Shown here: positions 29,180 to 39,039 of the stretch, piece by piece
Position numbering within the stretch: the stretch's first letter is position 1
Layout: every line of letters starts with the position of its first letter
Assembly (NCBI GenBank): GCA_043718025.1
Contig: JAYSWN010000091.1
Span: 1,882 to 65,881, forward strand
Source of the DNA: Pseudomonadota bacterium
GTDB taxonomy: Bacteria; Bdellovibrionota; FAC87; UBA2466
Length of the DNA: 64,000 nucleotides
Reading direction: 5' to 3'
Position numbers and translations under genes: made by a program
The notes under the pieces: generated by a model
Told to the model about the DNA's origin: nothing
Seen by the model: only the letters and a program-made list of their open reading frames with translations
Databases searched by the model: none

Positions 29180-29989
29180 ATGAAAGTCACCTGGCTCTTT
29201 TGGGCTTTGGCCCTAGCATCAACGGCATCGGCGCAATCCCGAGTTTTTCGCTGGAATAATCTCACGAATCATTTCACTCAAATCGAACCGGCGTCACGCT
29301 GGGATCGCGGAGTGTATGCCGAGTCAATCCGCGACAGTAGCGGCGATCGAACTCGGCACTGGGTCACTCGTCAGGGCAATGACCCGATCGTGCCCGGCTC
29401 CTACATTACGGGCGACCGTTTTGGTAAGAAGGGGGTTTGGCAACAGCTCTGGTTTCGACTGGGCAAGAAGCTAGCCTGGTATCCGGTCGTACCTACAGAA
29501 CCACCACACCTTTGGCGCTATTCCCCCCACTTTGGAACTTACCTTTCTGAACCTTTCTATGGATCGTGGGACCAGACAGCTATTCCTACTAGCGGGGAAA
29601 CGGAAGTGGTGCCAATGATCGGAGATGAGGACTGGGACGTTGTTCCAGATCCGAAGCCAGATCCGAAGCCAGATCCGAAACCAGATCCAAAGCCAGATCC
29701 AAAGCCAGATCCGAAACCAGATCCGAAACCAGATCCGATAGACTTAACCATTGGCTGCCGGATCGAAATCAGTCCAACGACCATCTACGAAGGGGAGACC
29801 ATGATTCTTTCCCTGGAGACTTCGGGACCAGTCATCGAGGCTGTTCTTGATGGGGCCGCCGTTGATTTTCCCTTTGTGATGCGTAGCAAAGAGGCCGAGC
29901 GGGCGGGGAAACTAAAAATTCGCGGCGCGGTTCGTAGCCGAACCGGTGTCAATGACTGTAGTCAGGTTGTGGAAATTCTAAAACGCTAG
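29180..29989 (+). CDS. Secreted protein with a (PDPK)8 tandem repeat
   Basis: Signal peptide 'MKVTWLFWALALASTASAQS'. Central 'VPDPKPDPKPDPKPDPKPDPKPDPKPDPKPDPID'. Confidence 0.55.
   Translation: MKVTWLFWALALASTASAQSRVFRWNNLTNHFTQIEPASRWDRGVYAESIRDSSGDRTRHWVTRQGNDPIVPGSYITGDRFGKKGVWQQLWFRLGKKLAWYPVVPTEPPHLWRYSPHFGTYLSEPFYGSWDQTAIPTSGETEVVPMIGDEDWDVVPDPKPDPKPDPKPDPKPDPKPDPKPDPKPDPIDLTIGCRIEISPTTIYEGETMILSLETSGPVIEAVLDGAAVDFPFVMRSKEAERAGKLKIRGAVRSRTGVNDCSQVVEILKR
29641..29736. repeat. Perfect 12-nt tandem repeat (ccagatccgaag) x8
   Basis: Directly visible. Only synonymous third-position variation (aag/aaa, ccg/cca). Confidence 0.85.
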
Positions 29990-29998
29990 AAAGTGAGT

Positions 29999-30790
29999 CT
30001 AGTTGCTATCGGTCATCAAAGAGGGCTTGGGCGGAACGCTCAAGCCCAAACGTTTATTCACTTCTTCTAACAGAATGTAGTACGCCCTTTTACTGAGTAG
30101 CAGTTCGCTGTGCGACAAACCGGCAATCACTCTTTTTTGCATCAGGCTGTTATCCACCTCAAAAAAGGCTTCGGGCAGCTGACCGGCCTTCGGATAAGAG
30201 ACGTAATCGCCCTTTGACTGAACCGTGAGCAAGGGAAACCCTTTCGGCCAGGCCGTGTGGTTTAACTGACGAACCATGCCCGACCAGGGAGTCATGTCCC
30301 AAAGGCATTTCGCCTTGAGAAAAAGATGCGTAAACAGACCTAAAGCCGCCACCCAAGTTCCCTTATGAGGAGTGCCCAACGTAACCAGCCCTTCGGTGTA
30401 ATGTGAACCACCCAACACCTGCACGTAGTACCGCGCCACTAAACCGCCGGCCGAATGGGCCACCAGATAGATGGGCGATCGAGAAAGCAGGGTGTCTTTT
30501 TTAAGTTTGAGGATCAACGAGGAGAGGCGCAACGCCATCGGCAACAGCCCGCGAATGCCATCGGCTAGTGAATGCCAGTCCATCGCTAAGACCAGCACGT
30601 TGTAACCGTCGCGCTGAAATCTCTTGCGAATAACCGACAGCGAACGACGGGTCGCCGCGAAACCCGAAACCAGAATTATGGTGGGCAGTTCAGACCTAAG
30701 CTGTTCCACCCGCTCCCACTCCTCGCGGGAACGGCTCGGCAGAACATCGAACAGATCTTTTATAAAGACTAAGAAGAGGCGAAGGTTCAC
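29999..30790 (-). CDS. Alpha/beta-hydrolase, lipase/esterase-like
   Basis: Nucleophile elbow 'LVAHSAGGLVARYY' (G-H-S-A-G). Confidence 0.65.
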   Translation of the reverse strand: MNLRLFLVFIKDLFDVLPSRSREEWERVEQLRSELPTIILVSGFAATRRSLSVIRKRFQRDGYNVLVLAMDWHSLADGIRGLLPMALRLSSLILKLKKDTLLSRSPIYLVAHSAGGLVARYYVQVLGGSHYTEGLVTLGTPHKGTWVAALGLFTHLFLKAKCLWDMTPWSGMVRQLNHTAWPKGFPLLTVQSKGDYVSYPKAGQLPEAFFEVDNSLMQKRVIAGLSHSELLLSKRAYYILLEEVNKRLGLSVPPKPSLMTDSN

Positions 30791-30820
30791 AACCTACTCA
30801 TCGGAAATTTTGACAAGGAA

Positions 30821-31225
30821 CTACGGCGTTTTCGGCCGGACGGGAATGTTCTTTTCTATATATTTCAGAATACTTTCAACATCCGTAGTGCCGCCCACCG
30901 TCAGCGACTCATGCTTTGGGTCATAAGAAAGCGCCAAACCGGTGTAGGTCAGTTTAATTTTACGCTTAGCGGCACGAGGGTTTTGAAAAATCTTGCTCAA
31001 AAAATCAAGTGTAGTGTCACTTTCATATTCGAGCCCCACTCCGTCGTAGCCTAATTCCTTTAAGGTAGTGAGCAACGAAGTGAGCGCCGCCGAGGCCGTG
31101 GGCCCCTCGCTGAGCGCAATCGCGCTATTCACCGCGTCCATTCCGCTTGGCGCCGAAGAACAATGGGCAATAAGGCCCGCGGTAACCAAAAGAGCTAATC
31201 CCTTCACAATTCGGAGTTTTTTCAT
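30821..31225 (-). CDS. Small secreted protein/lipoprotein-like, unknown function
   Basis: 'MKKLRIVKGLALLVTAGLIAHCSS' is signal-like. Confidence 0.45.
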   Translation of the reverse strand: MKKLRIVKGLALLVTAGLIAHCSSAPSGMDAVNSAIALSEGPTASAALTSLLTTLKELGYDGVGLEYESDTTLDFLSKIFQNPRAAKRKIKLTYTGLALSYDPKHESLTVGGTTDVESILKYIEKNIPVRPKTP

Positions 31226-31362
31226 ATTACATTTCTTGCAGCATTCAATTCGGCCAATCCCTTGGCGCTATTAGTTAAAGATTTTAGCACGTCCTTCCGA
31301 AACTATAGCTGTACCCATCGTTGGGTAACGTTTTTTTAAGTTTTCTACTTCGAGAGGAAAGT

Positions 31363-32556
31363 ATGAAATTTTCCAACTACGCCGCCGTAACTCTGGCACT
31401 CATTGGAGTGGTAATGACTCCGGCATTCGCAGACCCTGCCCCGGCCAAGCCAGCTGACCCAAAGCCGGTCACCCCAGCTTCGGCGGCGGCACCGGCCGCA
31501 CCGGCCGCCAAGGCCCCCACTACCGCTACTGCGGCCCCAGCCGCTGCGGTTACCAAACAGATTGCCGGCTACCAGGTAGAAATGAAAAGCTACCGCTGGC
31601 GAAAACACCCCCGTAAAAACTACGAGCGTTTGGTGCTTGAGTTTGCGCGCAAAGATAAAGGTGGCGGCCCCATACCCACCCCTAATGTAGTGCCTTCGGC
31701 CTCGGGCAAAGAAGCTACGATTGTGGTCGGTGGCGTCTCCCTGATGGGCGATAGCGCAGAAAATAAAGTTTCTGATACCTACGGAAGTAAATCGGCTTTT
31801 CTCAGCCCGCTTTCTATCTTGGTGGATGCCAATAATGGATTCAGCGTAAAACTTAGCTTTAAAAAGAGCGACGTTGTGGCCGAAGCCATGTGGCTAGAGG
31901 CCCCTGCACGCTTGGTGATCGATGTGTTCGCCAGCGCCGGAGATCGCAACGCCATTCGCGCCACGGCGCAGGACAATGCTGACTCCGACGAAAAAGTGGC
32001 TGAAGCAAAGCCCGTGGTAAAAGACAACCGCGTGGTTGAAGCGACGGCGACCCGCGAACCGGTGGCCGAGAAGAAGGTTTTTGGAACCCCGAACGATGCC
32101 GGAACTCCCATTGCCCTCCCCAAACCCGTCGCCGTAGCCGCTATAACGACCACCGCGCCGACTGAAACACGCAGTCTTTTTGCCACGCCACCGGCGCCAG
32201 TTAAAAAAGCACGCCGCCGAAACACCGCCCGCACGGCGGCTCCGGTAACCACTTACGATGCTCCCGCCGCGGAAGCCCCGCACATCGAAATTAGCTCGCG
32301 CGATGAACAATTTCTGTGTTTCCCGGCCAATGCTCAGGTTGGCCTAAGCGTTTTCTTTGCGCCTAAAAATAAACGGGGCGACAAAGATGAAGTGCGTTTA
32401 GACATTCAAAACACGAATCAGAAAGTTCAATCGGCCTCTAATATAGTCTGTTACCCGGCCGCGGCGCAGGTTGAAGCCAGTATCTCTTTCCGGGAAGACA
32501 AGGCTTTGACGAAAACCGATGAATCGGCAAGTCGGGAACTCACTTCCAAGAAATGA
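31363..32556 (+). CDS. Secreted Ala/Pro-rich protein with internal repeats
   Basis: Start 'MKFSNYAAVTLALIGVVMTPAFA' with GAGAGGA SD. 'PAKPADPKPVTPASAAAPAAPAAKAP'. Duplicated 'QFLCFPANAQVGLSVFF' / 'NIVCYPAAAQVEASISF'. Confidence 0.5.
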   Translation: MKFSNYAAVTLALIGVVMTPAFADPAPAKPADPKPVTPASAAAPAAPAAKAPTTATAAPAAAVTKQIAGYQVEMKSYRWRKHPRKNYERLVLEFARKDKGGGPIPTPNVVPSASGKEATIVVGGVSLMGDSAENKVSDTYGSKSAFLSPLSILVDANNGFSVKLSFKKSDVVAEAMWLEAPARLVIDVFASAGDRNAIRATAQDNADSDEKVAEAKPVVKDNRVVEATATREPVAEKKVFGTPNDAGTPIALPKPVAVAAITTTAPTETRSLFATPPAPVKKARRRNTARTAAPVTTYDAPAAEAPHIEISSRDEQFLCFPANAQVGLSVFFAPKNKRGDKDEVRLDIQNTNQKVQSASNIVCYPAAAQVEASISFREDKALTKTDESASRELTSKK

Positions 32557-32596
32557 AATAACTTTCCTTACCGCCCTCCCCGATTAAAGTAGGGGG

Positions 32597-34795
32597 ATGG
32601 CAAAACGCAGACGTTCCTCCGGCGGAAGTGATAAAAAAAGTGGCGGTTCGCGTAGCCGCGCGGCCAAAAGCCGCTCGGGAATGCGCAAACGCAACGAAGC
32701 TTCGCAACGAACCCACGACGCTCCGCATGAAGTAGGGGCTTCACGCTCTTCTTCACGCTCTGGCCGTTCTTCCGACGGCGGGGGTCAACATTCCTCATCC
32801 CGTTCTAGCTCACGTTCCTCCGCACACACTGGCTCCCAATCTGGCCGACGCGGTGGACGCCGCGAAACCAGCTTCCGCGGTCGCCCCGCTGAAACCATGA
32901 AGGGGACGGTGCAAAAAAATCCACGCGGGTTCGCCTTTATTATTCCGTTGAAAAAAGGAATTGAAGACGCCTTTCTTCCTGCCGAAGACGCGCTTGGGTT
33001 ATTGACCGGCGACGTTGTCGAATTCTCGGTTCACCCTTCCGGCAAAAAAACCCGTGCCCGCATTCACAAAGTGATCGAACGGGGTAAACGAAAAGTGGTG
33101 GGTGAAGTGGTCGAACAAAATGGTGACCGCTACGTCAAAACTCTTTCCAGCGACTATTTTTGGATACCGCCGCGCGAACGGGCCGAAGTGGGCCACTGGG
33201 TGTTGGGCGATATCGTTAGCTACCCAACCAAACACGAACCGGGCACGGTTCGTGTGGTCGAAGACTTTGGCAACGAACTCACGCCAAAGCAAGATCTCAC
33301 CTTCGCCATCGCCAACTTCGGTTTATACGAAGAGTTCTCGAGCGAAGCCAATGGCCAGGCGCTAAAAAAACGGTTCGAAGCGCGACAGGAAATCGATGCA
33401 GTCGTGGGCAAGCCCCCTGAAAAGGGGCGGCGGCGCGACATGACCAAGTTTGATTTTGTGACTATCGACGGGCCCGACGCCAAAGACTTTGACGACGCCG
33501 TGCTGGTCGAAACGCCAACCGGCGGCAGCGTCGCCTTCATTCTTTACGTAGCCATTGCTGACGTAAGCTTCTTTGTGACCCCGGGAAGCCCGTTAGACGT
33601 AGAAGCGCGGAAACGCGCGACCAGCGTCTATTTTCCGGGCTTCTGTTTGCCCATGCTGCCGGAGTCACTCAGTAACGATCTGTGCAGCCTTAGGCCCCGT
33701 GAACAGAAGCTCGCCATGGTCGCCGAGATTCACTTCGATCGAGAAGCGCTCATCGTCGAAAGCAAATTCTACGATGCCATCATTGAAACCAAAGAGCGGC
33801 TCACCTACGAGTTGGCCAACGCATACGCCGAATCCAAACCCACGCCCCACACCAAGTACTTAAAACCGATGCGCCATCTTTTTAAAAAAATGTGGGCGCA
33901 GCGGGTTAAGCGCGGAAGCTTAGATTTTTCTCTTCGCGAAAATAAAGTTGAGGTAGATCACCAAGGCACACCCCTTAAAATTGCCCCGGCCCCGAATTAC
34001 GAATCCAACCGCTGGATTGAAGAGTTTATGGTTGCGGCAAACCGCGTGGTGGCCAAAAGCCTTCGCGAAAACAACGAGGGGGCACTGTATCGCGTTCACG
34101 AAGTGCCTGAGCCCCAGGCCAAAGACGAGCTCAACCGCCTTTTCAAAGCGATGGGAATTTCCTACCGCCTTAAAGACATTACTAATCACGATTTTTCTGA
34201 TCTGTTGAAACACCTCGAGGGTAACCCCAAGGGTGGGCCCCTGAACTATCTGATTCTTCGTCACCAGAAGCAGGCGCAGTACTTTCCCGAACCGCTGGGC
34301 CATTTTGGGCTGGCGCTGGAGGATTATTGTCACTTCACCTCCCCGATTCGGCGATACCCGGATCTCGTAGTGCACCGCGCCATGCGACGACTCATCCAAA
34401 AGGCGAACAAAGCCGATACGGAGAATGCTGAGGAGGATTACTACGCACTAGGGCAACACTGCTCTCAGCGTGAACGCGTAGCGACCGATGCGGAACGTTG
34501 GGTGGTCGCTAGAAAGCAGGCATGGTTCTTCCAGAAACGCGTGGGAGACATAGTGGAAGGGGTAATCACCGGAATGAACCCACGCGGCCTGTACGTGGAT
34601 CTGGAAGGCACTGGCGCCGAAGGGCTGCTGGAATACGAACGCTTCCCCGACGCGGTGACTTTCGATGAAGAAAAGTACCTCGTCTATCGGAAAGGCGGGA
34701 AGCCTTTGAGCTTGGGTGATCCTCTCACCGTTTTAATTTCGGCGATCCGCTGGGATGACAACCGCATCCTTTTGGATCTCGCCCAAAAGTTGTGA
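32597..34795 (+). CDS. rnr: Ribonuclease R (RNB family) with N-terminal Arg/Ser/Gly-rich extension
   Basis: RNB catalytic region 'TIDGPDAKDFDDAVLVE'. S1-like C-terminus. The first ~95 aa are RS/RGG-like low complexity. Confidence 0.85.
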   Translation: MAKRRRSSGGSDKKSGGSRSRAAKSRSGMRKRNEASQRTHDAPHEVGASRSSSRSGRSSDGGGQHSSSRSSSRSSAHTGSQSGRRGGRRETSFRGRPAETMKGTVQKNPRGFAFIIPLKKGIEDAFLPAEDALGLLTGDVVEFSVHPSGKKTRARIHKVIERGKRKVVGEVVEQNGDRYVKTLSSDYFWIPPRERAEVGHWVLGDIVSYPTKHEPGTVRVVEDFGNELTPKQDLTFAIANFGLYEEFSSEANGQALKKRFEARQEIDAVVGKPPEKGRRRDMTKFDFVTIDGPDAKDFDDAVLVETPTGGSVAFILYVAIADVSFFVTPGSPLDVEARKRATSVYFPGFCLPMLPESLSNDLCSLRPREQKLAMVAEIHFDREALIVESKFYDAIIETKERLTYELANAYAESKPTPHTKYLKPMRHLFKKMWAQRVKRGSLDFSLRENKVEVDHQGTPLKIAPAPNYESNRWIEEFMVAANRVVAKSLRENNEGALYRVHEVPEPQAKDELNRLFKAMGISYRLKDITNHDFSDLLKHLEGNPKGGPLNYLILRHQKQAQYFPEPLGHFGLALEDYCHFTSPIRRYPDLVVHRAMRRLIQKANKADTENAEEDYYALGQHCSQRERVATDAERWVVARKQAWFFQKRVGDIVEGVITGMNPRGLYVDLEGTGAEGLLEYERFPDAVTFDEEKYLVYRKGGKPLSLGDPLTVLISAIRWDDNRILLDLAQKL

Positions 34796-34831
34796 CGCCC
34801 CGCGAAGGGCACACGGAGGTCTTTACTTTCG

Positions 34832-36508
34832 ATGAAGGTGTTTTCTACAGCGGTAAATATCAATCAGGCGCTCAAGAACGTGGGGCGCGTTACCGAAATT
34901 CTGACGGTGCTCAGCCGTCATGGCTTCGTCGATTTGATTCACCGGATGAAACTCACCAAAATTGTTCCGGCAAAGTTTACCCGAATGGAGAGCTTTCAAG
35001 AACGTACGCTTGGCGTTCGGCTTAGAGAGTCTTTTCAGGAACTGGGCACTACCTTTGTCAAACTGGGACAGCTTCTGGCTAGCCGACCCGACCTGATCCC
35101 CGAAGACGTGGTGGCCGAGTTTGAAAAACTGCAAGATGACGTGCCATCGGTTCCCTTCTCCAAGCTAAAACCGTTTTTGGAAGAAGAGCTGAAAGGGTCA
35201 CTAGAAACTTACTTTCTGGAGTTTGATGCCGCCCCCATTGCGGCGGCCAGCATCGCACAGGTGCACGGCGCCATATTGAAGAATGGACAAAAAGTTGCGG
35301 TAAAAGTACAGAGGCCGGGAATCGACAAGGTAATTCAAAACGACATTTCAATTTTGCGGGCTCTAGCCTTTTTGTTGGAAAAGTACGTACCCGAATCACG
35401 CGCCATGAATCCCACCGGACTGGTGGAAGAATTTTTTAAAACGATAGTATTCGAAACTGACTTCAGGGTTGAGGCCAACAACATTCGTCGTATCCGGGCC
35501 AATTTGGTGGTGTTCCCCAAGGTGGCAGTGCCCGAGGTCTTTACCAACGTCAGCACGGCAAAAGTTTTAGTTTTGGAGCGCTTCGAAGGCATTCGATTTT
35601 CTGATCGCGAGGCCGTGCTCAACCGGGGCCTAAACCCGCTCGACATCGTAAATACCGGCGCCGAAGTCTTTTTTCACATGGTGATGCACGACGGCGTTTT
35701 TCATGGGGATCTCCACGGGGGAAACCTTTTCATTCTTAACGATGGCAAAATTGGTCTTATCGATTTTGGTATTGTTGGGCGCCTTTCACGGCGCGTGCGC
35801 GACAATGTGGTTTCAATGTTCATGGCGCTCATGGATGAAGACTATGAAACGCTGGCGAATGAGTATTTAAATCTCTGCCAAGGCACGGGCCAAACCGACA
35901 TAGGCGCCCTGCAAAAAGATCTGATGGATACCATTGGCCCGTACGTCGGCATGAACCTGAGCGAGATCAACGTAGGAAAAATCTTGCTCCAGTCCACCGG
36001 TACTGCCGTAAGGCATAACCTGACCGTACCGCGCGAGTTGATGCTGCTGTTCAAAGCCATTTTGACGATCGAGGCCTTGGGCCGAAAATTAGAACCCAAC
36101 TTCGATATTTTGAGCGTCGGCAATCGACTGGCCAAACAGCTGGTGACCGCCCGCTACCGCCCCGATCGCTTAGCCCAAGACATGCTGATCATCGGGCGCG
36201 ACGTACAGGGACTACTCGAGACCGGCCCGCGACTTTTTCGCCGCTTTCTAAAAAAATGGTCGCAAAACCAATTTGCCTTCGAAGTGAAAAGTAATGAACT
36301 GGGCCAGCTAAGGGCGAGTGTCGACCGGCAGACACGGGTGCAGCTCATCGGAGTTTTGGTTTTCGGTTTCTTATTGTTCTCGCTGGCCCTTAGTTTTCAA
36401 TACCCCGACGATCGGTTTTTATTCTTGCCCGTGGCGAGTTGGCTTTTCTTGAGCATCGCCGTAAGCCTTTCCCTCGTTGGCCTTTGGATGGTAAAAAAGG
36501 GCAAGTGA
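34832..36508 (+). CDS. ubiB: UbiB/ABC1 atypical kinase (ubiquinone biosynthesis regulator)
   Basis: 'FDAAPIAAASIAQVHGAILKNGQKVAVKVQRPGI' ABC1 signature. Two C-terminal TM helices. Confidence 0.85.
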   Translation: MKVFSTAVNINQALKNVGRVTEILTVLSRHGFVDLIHRMKLTKIVPAKFTRMESFQERTLGVRLRESFQELGTTFVKLGQLLASRPDLIPEDVVAEFEKLQDDVPSVPFSKLKPFLEEELKGSLETYFLEFDAAPIAAASIAQVHGAILKNGQKVAVKVQRPGIDKVIQNDISILRALAFLLEKYVPESRAMNPTGLVEEFFKTIVFETDFRVEANNIRRIRANLVVFPKVAVPEVFTNVSTAKVLVLERFEGIRFSDREAVLNRGLNPLDIVNTGAEVFFHMVMHDGVFHGDLHGGNLFILNDGKIGLIDFGIVGRLSRRVRDNVVSMFMALMDEDYETLANEYLNLCQGTGQTDIGALQKDLMDTIGPYVGMNLSEINVGKILLQSTGTAVRHNLTVPRELMLLFKAILTIEALGRKLEPNFDILSVGNRLAKQLVTARYRPDRLAQDMLIIGRDVQGLLETGPRLFRRFLKKWSQNQFAFEVKSNELGQLRASVDRQTRVQLIGVLVFGFLLFSLALSFQYPDDRFLFLPVASWLFLSIAVSLSLVGLWMVKKGK

Positions 36509-37209
36509 ATCGCCCCCTCCTATTTTGTCTGTTTTTTCTCACGACCCTGGCGCACGGGTTATCGCTACCGCCTGATGCTGAAATTCAGAAAAGACTCGCG
36601 GCCCACTTAGGCGAGAAAGGCGATTTTCAAGACCGGGTTTTTCGACGGCTGGGAGATCGCACCGTAGAGTTCGAAGGTTTTATTTCCACCGAGGCAGACT
36701 TTAACTTAGTAAAAGAAGTCTTCAGTGAGCCACAGCACTACTCTCGCTGGTTGATGAAGAATATAAACAAACGCCCCGGGGGGGGTGAGTATTTTATTAA
36801 GCTCCGTAGCTTTGATCCGGCGGCGGGAATGGCCAATACCCTACTGGCGGTATTAAACTTCGAACTTCCGCTCTTTAAAAAGGTACTCGAGTGCCACGTC
36901 CACTTTAAATCGGAGAACAAAGGGCCTACCTATTTGCTGACGGCCACCGTCGACACGAAGGGGCACGGCACCTTTATCGAAAAATTTGAAACGGTAATGC
37001 AGTTTTTCCCCAAGGCTGCCGGGCGCGTCTGGATCTACGCGCGGGGTCAAGTGAAATTTAAGCATTGGCTGCTCTACGAAGCACTACCCGAACGCATGCT
37101 GCTTAGGGAGTCAGGCGAGCGGTTGCAAATCGTAATCGACAACTACCTCACTGAAGAAAATCTTCGTCGCGGTGAATTGAAAAAAACTAGAAACACTTCC
37201 GTAAAATAA
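36505..37209 (+). CDS. Secreted hypothetical protein (possible SRPBCC/Bet v1-like fold)
   Basis: GTG start overlapping the ubiB stop gives the signal peptide 'NRPLLFCLFFLTTLAHG'. Confidence 0.4.
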   Translation: MNRPLLFCLFFLTTLAHGLSLPPDAEIQKRLAAHLGEKGDFQDRVFRRLGDRTVEFEGFISTEADFNLVKEVFSEPQHYSRWLMKNINKRPGGGEYFIKLRSFDPAAGMANTLLAVLNFELPLFKKVLECHVHFKSENKGPTYLLTATVDTKGHGTFIEKFETVMQFFPKAAGRVWIYARGQVKFKHWLLYEALPERMLLRESGERLQIVIDNYLTEENLRRGELKKTRNTSVK

Positions 37210-37314
37210 TCGCGGCCATTGGTCAGTTTGTTAACATTTCGTCTGTTCATCCCGCCATCGCTTTAGGGGTTCTCCGACCCTATCAGTTAGTATTAGCAAA
37301 ATTGGAGACCTTTA

Positions 37315-38214
37315 ATGAAAAGAACCAAACTAAGTCTGCTGCTTGTCATCGCATTTTTGTCGACGACAAACTCTTTTGCTGCCGAGCGTTACCAAACGAT
37401 TGTGGATCGCATGAACGTGCTCAAAGGAAAGTACCCTTTGATCACCCACCTCTTTTCCATTGGAAATAATGACGACAACGTTCCGTTATACGCCATGCGC
37501 GTCAGCCTCACCCCCACGGTCGCCGACCCCAACAAAATTGCGCACGTAGTCGTAGGCATGCATCACGGCAATGAATTGGCGGCCCCTGAATTCACCATGC
37601 ACTACTTAGAGCAGTTGCTGGTCAAGTACAGTTCACAGGCTCTATTTCGCGACAACTACGACGACAAAGAGTACGTCATCATTCCGGTTTTAAATGTACC
37701 CGGTTACAACGCGGCGAATCGTCAAGAAAAAGGGCGCGACCCAAATCGTGATTACCCGGGTCCCTGTTTTAACGCTGCAGGCGGCAAACTAAAAAGTGTG
37801 CGCGCGATGATTGAACATTTGGGATCACGTGTTTACGTGGGTGGCCTCACCGTCCACGGTTATGTCGGCGCCCTCACCTATCCTTGGGGCGTCAATGTCG
37901 CCAATTCTCAAACGCTAGATCACAACGCGTATGAAAAACTGACCCGAAAGGCAGCCGAGCAGAATGGCTACCGCTACGGCACCTCAACCGACGTGGTTTA
38001 TCCGGTAGACGGCGCTTTCGAAGACTATATCTACTGGAAACATGGCATCTGGTCGTTGCTTCTCGAACTAAAAGACGGCAGCCCAAGCGACATCGAACGC
38101 ACATCGGCGGCGATGTTCACCTTCTTCGAAGGTTTAGACTCTAGCCCGAGCACTAAAAACCAATTAGTTAGTGCGTGCCAACGGGCCGGTGCCCTTGATC
38201 TGCACAACGAATAA
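37315..38214 (+). CDS. Secreted M14-family zinc carboxypeptidase
   Basis: Signal peptide. 'VVGMHHGNELAAPEF' (the HxxE zinc motif of M14). Confidence 0.65.
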   Translation: MKRTKLSLLLVIAFLSTTNSFAAERYQTIVDRMNVLKGKYPLITHLFSIGNNDDNVPLYAMRVSLTPTVADPNKIAHVVVGMHHGNELAAPEFTMHYLEQLLVKYSSQALFRDNYDDKEYVIIPVLNVPGYNAANRQEKGRDPNRDYPGPCFNAAGGKLKSVRAMIEHLGSRVYVGGLTVHGYVGALTYPWGVNVANSQTLDHNAYEKLTRKAAEQNGYRYGTSTDVVYPVDGAFEDYIYWKHGIWSLLLELKDGSPSDIERTSAAMFTFFEGLDSSPSTKNQLVSACQRAGALDLHNE

Positions 38215-38223
38215 AAAATTTGG

Positions 38224-38258
38224 CAACCCGGGCTAAATCAATGCGATTGGCCCGGGTT
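38224..38258. terminator. Bidirectional hairpin between convergent genes
   Basis: 'aacccgggc-taaatcaatgcgattg-gcccgggtt' gives a 9-bp stem. An A/T run lies on the 5' side (ataaaaaatt). Confidence 0.5.
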
Positions 38259-38288
38259 TAAATTCCCGGATACCGAATCAACAAACTT

Positions 38289-38969
38289 TCAAAAAAAATG
38301 AAATAGACGGTTGGCACCGGTGAGCATCACCGCCGACAAAACCGGAAAGTAGAGATTGTCGTTCAGGGGAATGGGCAATACTTCGGCGACAGCACTAATC
38401 GCACCGCCCACCAGGGCGAAAGGCAGCGAGGTCGCCATCTCCAGACCCAAAAAGAACTGCGCAAACAAAAAAGTTCCAACGCCGCATACGGCAAAATTGG
38501 CCAGCGTACCTTCCCAGCTTTTGCCCATAAAAAGCGGGTGTCGGCCAAAGTTTGAACCAATGATTGCCGCCACCGGATCGCCCGCGGCTAAGTACAAGAT
38601 TCCTAGCAGCGCAATCGGCTTGGGAAAGCCCACCACTAGAATGACTAACGCAACAACGTAGTAACTATTCGCCGAAAGACGCAATAGCTCTTCGCGGCGC
38701 ATGAGTGTTCCAAAAATTTTTAGCGTGGCCGCATTTAAGGCCGGAATTTTTAAGCGCAGATAATCGAGCAAAACGAACGGGGTACCAAGGTAGACAAGTA
38801 ACGCAATGGCCTGCTGCCGGTCGATCAGCCAGGCGTAAAGAGAAAAACACGCCAGCCCCATCACCAGGTGATAAACGCGGCGAGCAACGTGAGGCGTTTC
38901 GCGCTTCTGTTTTAGCACTTCTTTCTTTTTTTGACGTTCCACCCACACCCACCCTTGGCTAGTACCCAA
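38289..38969 (-). CDS. CTP_transf_1-family integral membrane protein (CdsA / dolichol-phytol kinase-like)
   Basis: C-terminal 'GDPVAAIIGSNFGRHPLFMGKSWEGTLANF' matches the CdsA-family D..A...G..FG......KTWEG motif. ~6 TM helices. Confidence 0.5.
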   Translation of the reverse strand: MGTSQGWVWVERQKKKEVLKQKRETPHVARRVYHLVMGLACFSLYAWLIDRQQAIALLVYLGTPFVLLDYLRLKIPALNAATLKIFGTLMRREELLRLSANSYYVVALVILVVGFPKPIALLGILYLAAGDPVAAIIGSNFGRHPLFMGKSWEGTLANFAVCGVGTFLFAQFFLGLEMATSLPFALVGGAISAVAEVLPIPLNDNLYFPVLSAVMLTGANRLFHFF

Positions 38970-39039
38970 ACACCGCTTCAGAATTCGCTAAGGCCCATTC
39001 GTTTGGAAATGCGGTTCATGTTAAACTGAAACCCACGTC

